A stretch of DNA of 61,201 nucleotides, counting the filler. It is 4 parts of 4 records of this genome, joined end to end, with 100 filler letters (N's around TTAATTAATTAA, not from the genome) between each part and the next. Parts side by side here need not be neighbours in the genome. Positions count along the whole stretch, not along the records: positions 20,726 to 35,506 come from SRR31156797_5922; positions 35,607 to 50,682 come from SRR31156797_5939; 2 more parts are not named here. The stretch is one strand, 5' to 3'. Made by a program: the position numbers and the translations under genes. A model generated the notes under the pieces. The model was given only the letters and a program-made list of their open reading frames with translations. It did no database searches and was not told the origin of the DNA. Shown in pieces: positions 31,101-38,247 of this stretch (position 1 is the first letter of the stretch; the number at the start of each line of letters is the position of its first letter).

Positions 31101-32513
31101 ATACCCATAGCAGCCGGCCTGATGGTGATTCTTTCGGTCATTATCCTGTGGAACCGTAGGCTCGGTCGGGAGGTTGCCGAGCGTAAGCGGGCTGAAGAGC
31201 AACTTCTGGAGTCGGAAAAGAAAACGCGGGCCATGAGCGAGGCGGTTCATGATGGATTGATAATGATCGACGGCCGGGCCAAGGTTATGTACTGGAACCA
31301 GGCTGCGGAAAAACTCTTCCGCATACCGGCGGATGAGGCCTTGGGCAAGGATATTCACACCTTGTTTGTGCCTGAAGAGTATCGGGAACAGGCCAGGGCC
31401 GGGCTGAAGGTGTTTGCGGAAACCGGTCAGGGCCCGGTTGTGGGAAAAATACAGGAATTGACCGCTTTGCGTAGCGACGGCGCCAGGTTCCCGGTGGAGG
31501 TTGGCGTGTCCGCCTTCCAGGTGGGCAATAAATGGTACGCCGTGGGCACGGTGCGAGATATCACGGAACGAAAACAGATCGAAGAACAAATCAAAGCCAC
31601 TCGTGAAGAACTGCTGCTTATTTTCAATAACAGCCAGGTCGGCATCATGTTCATGCACGGCGATTGCCAATTGGCCAGGGTCAACCGGGGGCTGGCCGAG
31701 ATCCTCGAGTACGAAGTCCCAAAGGAGATGATCGGTTTCAGCATGAGTCAGTTGCACTTGAGCGAGGAGCGTTTTCAGGCTTTCAAAAAGTCGAATCATG
31801 ATGTGTTGTGTCAGGGTAAGCAGAGCAAGGTCGAATATCAGCTTCGCAAGAAAGACGGCTCGGCCGTATGGTGTTCCATGTCCGGAAAGGCCGTGGACAC
31901 AGCCAGTCCCCCTGATCTGAGCAAAGGCGTCATCTGGGTCGTTGACGACATCTCCCGGCGCAAACGGATTGAAGACGACCTACGGGAATCCGAGGAGCGC
32001 AGCAGGCTTGTTCTGGAATCCGCCGGCGAGGGTATTTTTGGAGTCGACGCTTCCGGTCATATGACCTTTGTCAATCCGGCCGCCATCCACATGCTTGGCT
32101 ACACAAAAGAAGAACTGCATGGGCAGGATGTTCACCAACTAATCCATCATACTCACGCTGACGGCGCTCCATATCCCATAGAAGACTGTCCCATATCCGC
32201 CTCTTGTCAGCAGGGGACCATTCATCAGGTTGCCGACGAGGTGCTGTGGCGCAAAGACGGCAGCAGTTTTTTCGCCGAATATTCCTGCACGCCGATGCAT
32301 AAGAACGGCGGGGTGATCGGCGCCGTAGTCACCTTCCGAGACGTCACCGAACGCAAAAAAGTTGAAGAAGAATTGAATCAGCACCTGGAAGACCTTGAAA
32401 GGTTCAACCGGTTGGTAATCGGACGTGAAGAAAAGATGATCGACCTTAAATCCGAAATCAACGATTTGCTGGGGCAGTCCGGCCAAGGCAAAAAGTATAA
32501 AATTGTCGAGTGA
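28107..32513 (+). CDS. Membrane sensor with 4 periplasmic PBPb domains, a TM helix and 3 PAS domains, no catalytic output domain
   Basis: Four repeats starting DSPPF/NYPPF/AWPPM/TWPPV, TM ending WNRRL, three PAS-PAC units ending DITERK/DISRRK/DVTERK, C-terminus LERFNRLVIGREEKMIDLKSEINDLL. Confidence 0.9.
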   Translation: MYKTPKFSFTVLVLFIVIAAIKSLWPFQLFAMDPEKKLSLHREKKSITVAYCNDSPPFHYQDESGQPAGLLIDYWKLWSEKTWITIIFKPAAWDETLELVKTGQVDAHAGLFYSKERDEYLLYSEPISKTDTHLFYHKTLPAPQDVKDAVPYRVGVISKDFVEGYIKEKAPRAALVPFQTYDEMMESLRNGELKMFAADTLTGLYKLQKSGLAQYYKYRSTQPLYQNNWFFAVAEGREDLIRRINSGLALITRDERLLINRSWAGGTKSGEAGDLIVAIDSNYPPFSLVGPDGNPTGLLVEMWELWSKAAGIPIRFRPSSWAETIEAVKNGEADVHFGLFINEERKEWLNFSSPLHEIRTALYFRAGQGEPLSLAELAGQKVGVLKGSFQEAWLRSKYPNLEVIDYIDGEGMVIALIKGEIAAIVHEVPGVEAAVNMLGLKGALIRGEDLFGNTVHAGVRRDRPLLLKAIENGFSMVDREKLAELDKRWIANPEDRYYHSVTSKMRLTEEENAFLQSHPKIRIGVMAAWPPMNFVDDTGQPSGLGADYVKALNLKLDGVLEIEPGPFKENLEQVKSRKLDALMDVTPKPEREEFLNFTRSYLAIPHVIVARQDGPYYGSETELNGKTLALETGFYNVKYFRQKYPGVKVEEYPNTAMALDAVSRGKADAYAGNRAVANWILEKELISNLQVQGRLSKPSAILAIGVRKDWPELASILDKALASMSVDEVRAIHRRWAGLGAEETADQRLVLTDEEKSWLKAHQKLRLGIDPTWPPVEFFNENKEYVGIASGFVKAMEKKLGLTFDPALGLSWPQVIEGLKNKDLDAVAAVARTPEREDYLVFTKPYVTFPAVVVTQKDAPFVSEIGDLAGKKVGVIEGYAVQGYLKDNFPGIRIEPRSNLTELLRSISVGELDAVVCSLAAVTYGIDHQGITNLRIAATTDFSYKLSMGVRKDWPELALILDKAFDAMTAAEKAEIKNRWVSIQYIQGLKLRTVLKWAIPIAAGLMVILSVIILWNRRLGREVAERKRAEEQLLESEKKTRAMSEAVHDGLIMIDGRAKVMYWNQAAEKLFRIPADEALGKDIHTLFVPEEYREQARAGLKVFAETGQGPVVGKIQELTALRSDGARFPVEVGVSAFQVGNKWYAVGTVRDITERKQIEEQIKATREELLLIFNNSQVGIMFMHGDCQLARVNRGLAEILEYEVPKEMIGFSMSQLHLSEERFQAFKKSNHDVLCQGKQSKVEYQLRKKDGSAVWCSMSGKAVDTASPPDLSKGVIWVVDDISRRKRIEDDLRESEERSRLVLESAGEGIFGVDASGHMTFVNPAAIHMLGYTKEELHGQDVHQLIHHTHADGAPYPIEDCPISASCQQGTIHQVADEVLWRKDGSSFFAEYSCTPMHKNGGVIGAVVTFRDVTERKKVEEELNQHLEDLERFNRLVIGREEKMIDLKSEINDLLGQSGQGKKYKIVE

Positions 32514-32550
32514 TTAACTCATAAGAATGATTATTTAAAGGAGTCGAACC

Positions 32551-33357
32551 ATGAGCGTAAACAGCGAAAATGCTAATCCGGTCAACAACGAAATAGCTCT
32601 CGCCGTTTTGGAACAGATACCAACTCCGGTCATGGCCGTGGGGCGAGAATTCAACATCATTTTCATGAACGCCGCCGGCCGCGAATTACTTGGAAAATCA
32701 TGGCCGGATATTGAAGGACGCCCCTGTCATTCTCTTTTGAATTCATCTCATTGTCAGACTCCGGAATGCCGGATGCTACAGGCAATAGAAAGCGGAGCCA
32801 CATGCACCTCGCGAAATGAAGTGAGTATCGACGGCCGAGCCGTGCCTATTGAATACACGGCCGCTCCGCTAAAGGACCGGGAGGGGAACATATTGGGCGG
32901 ATTGGAATACGTCATTGATATTACGGAAAAGGTCCGCCACGAACAGAAATTGAGGGAACAAAGCCAAACCATTCTGGAAATCTCAACCCCGGCTATCAAA
33001 CTTTGGGACAGGATCGTCGTGCTTCCGGTTGTGGGAGTGGTCGATTCCTTCCGCGCCCAGCAGATGATGACCGCCATGCTGAAAAAGATCACGGAAACCT
33101 CCTCCAAAGTCATTATTCTGGACATTCAAGGCGTGGCGGCCGTGGACACTGCCGTGGCCAATCACCTGATCAAGATCACCAAAGCGACCAAACTGATGGG
33201 TTGCCGTTGTATTATCTCCGGCATATCTTCCGCCGTGGCCCAGACCCTTGTCCAACTGGGCATCGATCTGGGAGACGTTTCCACCAACGCCACCCTCGAG
33301 GATGCTTTACATGACGCCTTCGCCATGTTGGACTATGAAGTCAGGCCAAGGAAATGA
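32551..33357 (+). CDS. rsbR: Stressosome RsbR-like protein (PAS + STAS)
   Basis: ILEISTPAIKLW linker, LPVVGVVDS, LDIQGVAAVDT and ISGIS motifs. Confidence 0.88.
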   Translation: MSVNSENANPVNNEIALAVLEQIPTPVMAVGREFNIIFMNAAGRELLGKSWPDIEGRPCHSLLNSSHCQTPECRMLQAIESGATCTSRNEVSIDGRAVPIEYTAAPLKDREGNILGGLEYVIDITEKVRHEQKLREQSQTILEISTPAIKLWDRIVVLPVVGVVDSFRAQQMMTAMLKKITETSSKVIILDIQGVAAVDTAVANHLIKITKATKLMGCRCIISGISSAVAQTLVQLGIDLGDVSTNATLEDALHDAFAMLDYEVRPRK

Positions 33358-33416
33358 CGGCTTGAAAAAATATAAAAGCGCGAGACCTATTCACCAGGGG
33401 AAAGGAAGCCTTTGAG

Positions 33417-33863
33417 ATGGTAAACGGATTTGCCTATTCCGGCGCCGGCATGCACGTGGTCGGCGAAAGCCTCATTGCTTCGCTCAACGGGGAACCGGAC
33501 GACAATGAACTCAGACGGTTGCAGAAGGATATACTTTCGAAAATGGAGACCCTTTCCATCAGGGGCGTCCTGGTCGATGTTTCCCGGGTGCGGGTCCTTG
33601 ATTCGATTCTTTTTGCCATTCTGTCCGAAACAGCCAAACTGGTTGCTCTTTTAGGGGGAGAAACAATATTCGTCGGATTCCAGGCGGGGGTGGCTTCGGC
33701 CCTGGTCGATCTGGACGTCGATCTGGGAAGCATCAACACGGCAGTGACCATGGAAGACGGCCTCGAGCAGTTGCACCTGAGCTTCAAATCGCCCGGAATT
33801 GAGGAAGTAGTGGATGAAGAAAGAAAAGACGACGAATCACGGCCTGATGATCTAATGGAATAA
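33417..33863 (+). CDS. rsbS: Stressosome RsbS-like STAS protein
   Basis: GVLVDVSRVRVLDS (conserved Ser) and VGFQAGVASALV. Confidence 0.82.
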   Translation: MVNGFAYSGAGMHVVGESLIASLNGEPDDNELRRLQKDILSKMETLSIRGVLVDVSRVRVLDSILFAILSETAKLVALLGGETIFVGFQAGVASALVDLDVDLGSINTAVTMEDGLEQLHLSFKSPGIEEVVDEERKDDESRPDDLME

Positions 33864-33864
33864 A

Positions 33865-34287
33865 ATGGTAGAAATGCTAATCAGAATCCTTGATGAAACC
33901 CTCATTGATTTGCATGAACCTGCGGACAATGCCAGGGCGGTGAGCTCGGCCAGAAGTTTGGCCCATAGAATCGGCTTTGACGAAAACTTACAGTTCTTAA
34001 TTGCCACGGCCGTGTCTGAACTGGCGACCAACATCATAAGATACGCAGGGCAGGGTCAAGTGACGCTTAGAATTATCCAGGGCGACCAAATGCCGGGTTT
34101 TGAAGTGATCGCCCAGGATGCCGGCCCGGGAATGGCCAGCATTGAAGAGGCCATGAAAGACAATTTCAGCAGCGTTGACAGTCTGGGGCTTGGGCTGCCT
34201 AGTGTGAAAAGAATAATGGACGAGTTCGACGTCAAATCCGAGCCGGGATCCGGGACAATGGTTGTGGCTCGTAAATGGAGAACCTGA
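33865..34287 (+). CDS. rsbT: RsbT-like Ser/Thr kinase (anti-sigma HATPase)
   Basis: ATAVSELATNIIRYAG, DAGPG and LGLGLPSVKRIMDEF motifs. Confidence 0.92.
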   Translation: MVEMLIRILDETLIDLHEPADNARAVSSARSLAHRIGFDENLQFLIATAVSELATNIIRYAGQGQVTLRIIQGDQMPGFEVIAQDAGPGMASIEEAMKDNFSSVDSLGLGLPSVKRIMDEFDVKSEPGSGTMVVARKWRT

Positions 34288-34874
34288 TGCCCAAGTTGGA
34301 TATGCATTTTATAAAGCGCTCGCTTGAGGGGCCTGAAAACGAATGTGGGGACGCCGGGATTGTCAGAGAAGCTGATAACGAATGTTTTTTAGCCCTGATA
34401 GACGTTCTGGGACATGGGAGGGAAGCCCACAAGGTTTCGGTTCTGGCGGTGGAATTTTTAAAGGAAAATTATTCCCAAGGCCTGGTCGACCTGATGAACG
34501 GACTCCATTCACACCTAAAGGGCGCCAGGGGGGCTGTGGCGGCTCTGGGCCGCCTGAACCTACAAAACGGCGAATTGCGTTATGTCGGCGTGGGCAATAT
34601 CAGCGCAAGAATATACGGGACCAGGCCTTATCGATTCGTCCCCCGGGACGGCATTATCGGATACATGATATCCACGCCTAAAGAACACAAGGTCAAGTTG
34701 AAGGGCGGGGATATCCTGGTTCTGTCCTCGGATGGAGTGAAGGAGCATTTTAATTTAATCGACTATCCCGACCTCCTGACGGGCTCAGCCGGCACGATTG
34801 CCGCCAACATTCTTGATCGATTGGGCAAAGGCAATGATGACGCCTCTTGTATCGTATTGAGGTACTTACAATGA
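34287..34874 (+). CDS. rsbX: RsbX-like PP2C/SpoIIE phosphatase
   Basis: ECGD, DVLGHG, GVGNI, SDG and DDAS motifs. TGATG overlap with rsbT. Confidence 0.85.
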   Translation: MPKLDMHFIKRSLEGPENECGDAGIVREADNECFLALIDVLGHGREAHKVSVLAVEFLKENYSQGLVDLMNGLHSHLKGARGAVAALGRLNLQNGELRYVGVGNISARIYGTRPYRFVPRDGIIGYMISTPKEHKVKLKGGDILVLSSDGVKEHFNLIDYPDLLTGSAGTIAANILDRLGKGNDDASCIVLRYLQ

Positions 34875-35506
34875 CGGAATTGGGTCGACTGCAAATTAAA
34901 ACTCCGCAATCCATGAATGAAGCCAGAAGAAAAATCCTGAACCTGGCTGAAGCCCTGGAGTATGACTCCTTCCAAGCCAACAGGCTGGCCACAATATTTT
35001 CCGAACTGATCCGTAGCGGGGATATTGGAAAACCTGACGTTAACGTCGCCATAAGCCTCAAGAGAAATCATGGGCGAAACGGATTGAACTTGGATTTTGC
35101 ATATGGTCAAAAGGCAAAACCGAATCCGATTGCTTTGCGTTTTTTTGATGTTTTGGACGTGGATCTGGCCGGTGAGCCCTTCACTACAGTATCAGCGTTC
35201 AAATATTTAAATGATTCCGGCCCTGATCTTTCAACGGAATTCATTGAAAAACAAAAACAAATTCTAAGCCGGCCGTCCAGAGAGGAGATGTTCTACGACC
35301 TTCAGAGAAAAAACGAGGAATTAATATCCTCGGCCCAAGAAACTCAACAGGCTAAAGAGACGGCTGAAAAAGCGACTGAAGCTCTCCAGGATCAAATCAA
35401 GGAACTGGCCATGGCCCGTCGGGCCATGTTGAATATTCTGGAGGACCTGGATGAAGCAAAAAAGGAAGCTGTAGCCGCCACCCAGGCGAAAAGCGACTTT
35501 TTGGCT
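34871..35506 (+). CDS. Histidine kinase with N-terminal RsbT-like domain, 3'-truncated by the contig edge
   Basis: ATGA overlap with rsbX. N-terminus ...RLATIFSELIR is RsbT-like, followed by a coiled coil and AKSDFLA just before the expected H-box. Confidence 0.75.
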
Positions 35507-35606
35507 NNNNNNNNNNNNNNNNNNNNNNNNNNNNNNNNNNNNNNNNNNNNTTAATTAATTAANNNNNNNNNNNNNNNNNNNNNNNNNNNNNNNNNNNNNN
35601 NNNNNN
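35507..35606. other. Artificial contig linker
   Basis: N44-TTAATTAATTAA-N44. Confidence 0.99.
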
Positions 35607-35607
35607 T

Positions 35608-35958
35608 TTTAAAATGCCTTATCAGGGGCTTAAAACCCAGGTAGAGACCTTCAATGCCGCGATCAAGGCCGGGGAGGACAAGGAGTTCGGCAAACCGCTG
35701 GGGAAGGCCCACGTTATTAAAGCGCCCTATTATGCGGCGCGTACCTGGCCCAAGGTTCATTACACCATGGGCGGGGTGGCCATTAATGAAACCGGCCAGG
35801 TCCTGCACATGGGGACCGGAGAACCCATCCCCGGGCTCTATGCCGCCGGGGAATGCACCGGCGGCCCCCACGGCGCCAGCCGGCTGGGAAGCTGCGCCGT
35901 TGCCGAAACCCTTGTCATCGGTCGGATCGCCGGACGGACGGCAGCCACAACTGCCTGA
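35608..35958 (+). CDS. Flavocytochrome c / fumarate-reductase-family flavoprotein, C-terminal fragment
   Basis: PKVHYTMGG, PIPGLYAAGE, HGASRLGS and GRIAG motifs. Frame is open from the contig edge. Confidence 0.9.
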   Translation, partial: FKMPYQGLKTQVETFNAAIKAGEDKEFGKPLGKAHVIKAPYYAARTWPKVHYTMGGVAINETGQVLHMGTGEPIPGLYAAGECTGGPHGASRLGSCAVAETLVIGRIAGRTAATTA

Positions 35959-36022
35959 TCCGGTGCTGCCTGTGTTAAGATAAAACCATATAAAATTACA
36001 ATAGATTACAGGAGTTAATATC

Positions 36023-37684
36023 GTGCGTTCATACAAACAGATTATAACCGTGGTTTCCATGGCATTTATGGTGCTTTTTTCCGCCAACGTTTTTGCCGCC
36101 TCACCGGTAAAACTCACCGGGTACGACCTGACCCTGGAAGAGGTCATGGATGTGGCCAACGGTGCCGAAGTCGTCATTGCTCCGGCCGCCATTGAACAGA
36201 TGAAGAAAAGCCACAAGCTGCTCATGGCTTTTGCCGCCGAAGGCCGTCCGGTTTACGGCCTTACCGTGGGCGTGGGCCTGAACAAGGACAAATCCATTTT
36301 TGATGCCGACGGGAAACTGTCCTCCGAGGTCATTGCCCTGTCCAAACAATTCAATAAAAATGCCCTGCGGGCCCATTCCGCCGCCTACGGCCCTGAAATG
36401 TCCGCCCCCATGGTCCGTGCCACCATGGTGATCCGCCTGAACACCATGCTCACCGGCCGTGCTGCCGCCCAGCCCTATGTGGCAGAGCTTTATGCCGCCT
36501 TTCTGAATAAGAACCTGCTGCCCGTCATTCCCTCCCGGGGGACTGTGGGCGAATGCGATATCACCATTGCGCCCCATATCGGCCTGGTCATGATGGGGGA
36601 ATGGAAAGCCGATTTCAAGGGCAAACGCATGTCCGGTAAAGATGCCCTGAAAGCTGCCGGCCTGACTCCCCTTGCTCCCTATGGAAAGGATGCCCTGGCC
36701 ATCCTGAGCACCAATGCACCGGCTGCTGCCCAGGCCGTTTTTGCCGTTATGGAAGCCGAGCATTTCATGGCAGTTGCACCCAAAGTATTTGCCGTCAGCC
36801 TGGAGGGCCTGAACGGCAACGTGGCGCCCTTCCTGAAACCGGTGAATGATGTACGCCCCTTTGCCGGATTTGCCCTGGCTTCCAAGGTGATCCGCGACGA
36901 GCTGGCCGGCAGTTACCTGTGGCAGCCCAGAAAGGGCCGCGCCCTCCAGGATGCCCTGTCCTACCGGACCTCCGCCTATGTATTCGGCGGTGTCTATGAA
37001 GCCCTGATCAATGCCAAGAAAAAACTGGGTGTTCAGATCAACTCCTCCGACGACAACCCGGCCGTGGTTGTGGATGCCAAACCCTCGGATCCCGCCCTGG
37101 GACAGCTCAAAGGCTACTATCTGGAAGCCGACGGCGTAAAAGGGGCCATCTATCCCACTGCCAACTTTGAACCCCTTCCCTTTGTTCTGGACATTGAATA
37201 CCTCTCCATTGCCCTGAGCCATGTCTCCCGCAATGCCGCCATGAGAACCATTAAGCTTTCCGATCCCAAGTTCACCCACCTGTCCCGGTTCCTGGCCGCA
37301 GATAACGTGGCCATCAACTTTGGCGCCATCCAGAAACCTTTTGTGGCATTGGATGCCGAAATCCGCAGCCTGGCCAACCCCGTGTCCCAGGACAGCATTC
37401 CCATGGCCGGCAACATCGAAGACACCGCCACCAACTCCATGCGGGCCGCCCTGAACCTGGCAAAGATCGTGGACAACCTTTACTATGTTTACGGTCTCGA
37501 GCTTTTCCATGCCTCCCAGGCCGTCAGCCTCCGTCAGCGTGACGAATCCGGCATCATCCTCGGAAAAGGGACCCGCCCCTTTTTCAATGCCTATCGCAAG
37601 ACCGTTCCCTTTGTCACCGAAGACCGTCCCTTCTCCCCCGACATTCAGAATTCCTATGATTTCCTGAAAGGGTATGCCAAATAA
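36023..37684 (+). CDS. Secreted HAL/PAL-superfamily lyase lacking the MIO triad (ergothionase-like)
   Basis: Sec signal ending NVFA, VYGLT, SSDDNP, QDALSYR and NIED motifs. GTVGECD replaces GSVGASGD. Confidence 0.88.
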   Translation: MRSYKQIITVVSMAFMVLFSANVFAASPVKLTGYDLTLEEVMDVANGAEVVIAPAAIEQMKKSHKLLMAFAAEGRPVYGLTVGVGLNKDKSIFDADGKLSSEVIALSKQFNKNALRAHSAAYGPEMSAPMVRATMVIRLNTMLTGRAAAQPYVAELYAAFLNKNLLPVIPSRGTVGECDITIAPHIGLVMMGEWKADFKGKRMSGKDALKAAGLTPLAPYGKDALAILSTNAPAAAQAVFAVMEAEHFMAVAPKVFAVSLEGLNGNVAPFLKPVNDVRPFAGFALASKVIRDELAGSYLWQPRKGRALQDALSYRTSAYVFGGVYEALINAKKKLGVQINSSDDNPAVVVDAKPSDPALGQLKGYYLEADGVKGAIYPTANFEPLPFVLDIEYLSIALSHVSRNAAMRTIKLSDPKFTHLSRFLAADNVAINFGAIQKPFVALDAEIRSLANPVSQDSIPMAGNIEDTATNSMRAALNLAKIVDNLYYVYGLELFHASQAVSLRQRDESGIILGKGTRPFFNAYRKTVPFVTEDRPFSPDIQNSYDFLKGYAK

Positions 37685-37786
37685 CCCGCACCATCTTTTT
37701 CCAAGATGGTTCTGAGTCAACTCCCCTGGGAATCGCCCGGCAACGGTGCGGTTCCCGGGGCCTTACCATGCTAGTAGGTATAAATT

Positions 37787-38233
37787 ATGAAGACGTATAT
37801 CCGGACTTGTCTGGCCATGGCCATACTTTCCTGTACCCTGTTTGCGACCCATTCCCTCTGGGCTGAGGATGCCGCTCCCGCCCCGGCCTATGAGCCCGGG
37901 GTGACGGAAAAAGTTACCCTGTGGATGGACAGGACACTGGGCAGAAAAACCGTAAAACCCTATCATCAGAAAATCCATCAGAACGGCACCAATTGCGCCC
38001 TGTGCCACGGCGCCGAAAATCCCACCAAAGCGGCCGATGATGCCAACTGCCTCAAGTGCCACGGGACCCGGGAGCAGGTGGCCCAACTCACCGCCGAACT
38101 GGAACCCAACCCCCATGATTCTCCCCATTATGGCTTTGATGTCCCCTGCAGCACCTGCCACATGGAGCACAAGCCGTCCGAGATCTATTGCAGCAGCTGC
38201 CACGCCTTTAAGTACGATAATTTTAAGAAATAG
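37787..38233 (+). CDS. Periplasmic tetraheme cytochrome c (flavocytochrome heme-subunit type)
   Basis: Signal peptide, CALCH, CLKCH, CSTCH, CSSCH and NPHDSPH. Confidence 0.92.
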   Translation: MKTYIRTCLAMAILSCTLFATHSLWAEDAAPAPAYEPGVTEKVTLWMDRTLGRKTVKPYHQKIHQNGTNCALCHGAENPTKAADDANCLKCHGTREQVAQLTAELEPNPHDSPHYGFDVPCSTCHMEHKPSEIYCSSCHAFKYDNFKK

Positions 38234-38247
38234 AGGGGGTTGTTACC

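Noticed and set aside
35608-35958. Calling the flavoprotein frdA/sdhA
   Set aside because: It ends right after GRIAG with no C-terminal helical domain, has no Fe-S subunit next to it, and its motifs diverge.
36023-37684. Calling the lyase hutH (histidine ammonia-lyase)
   Set aside because: It lacks the ASG MIO triad, has a signal peptide, and there are no hutU/hutI/hutG neighbours.
36101-37720. 539-aa antisense ORF over the lyase gene
   Set aside because: It mirrors a GC3-biased coding strand and has no recognisable motifs or RBS, so it is a shadow ORF.
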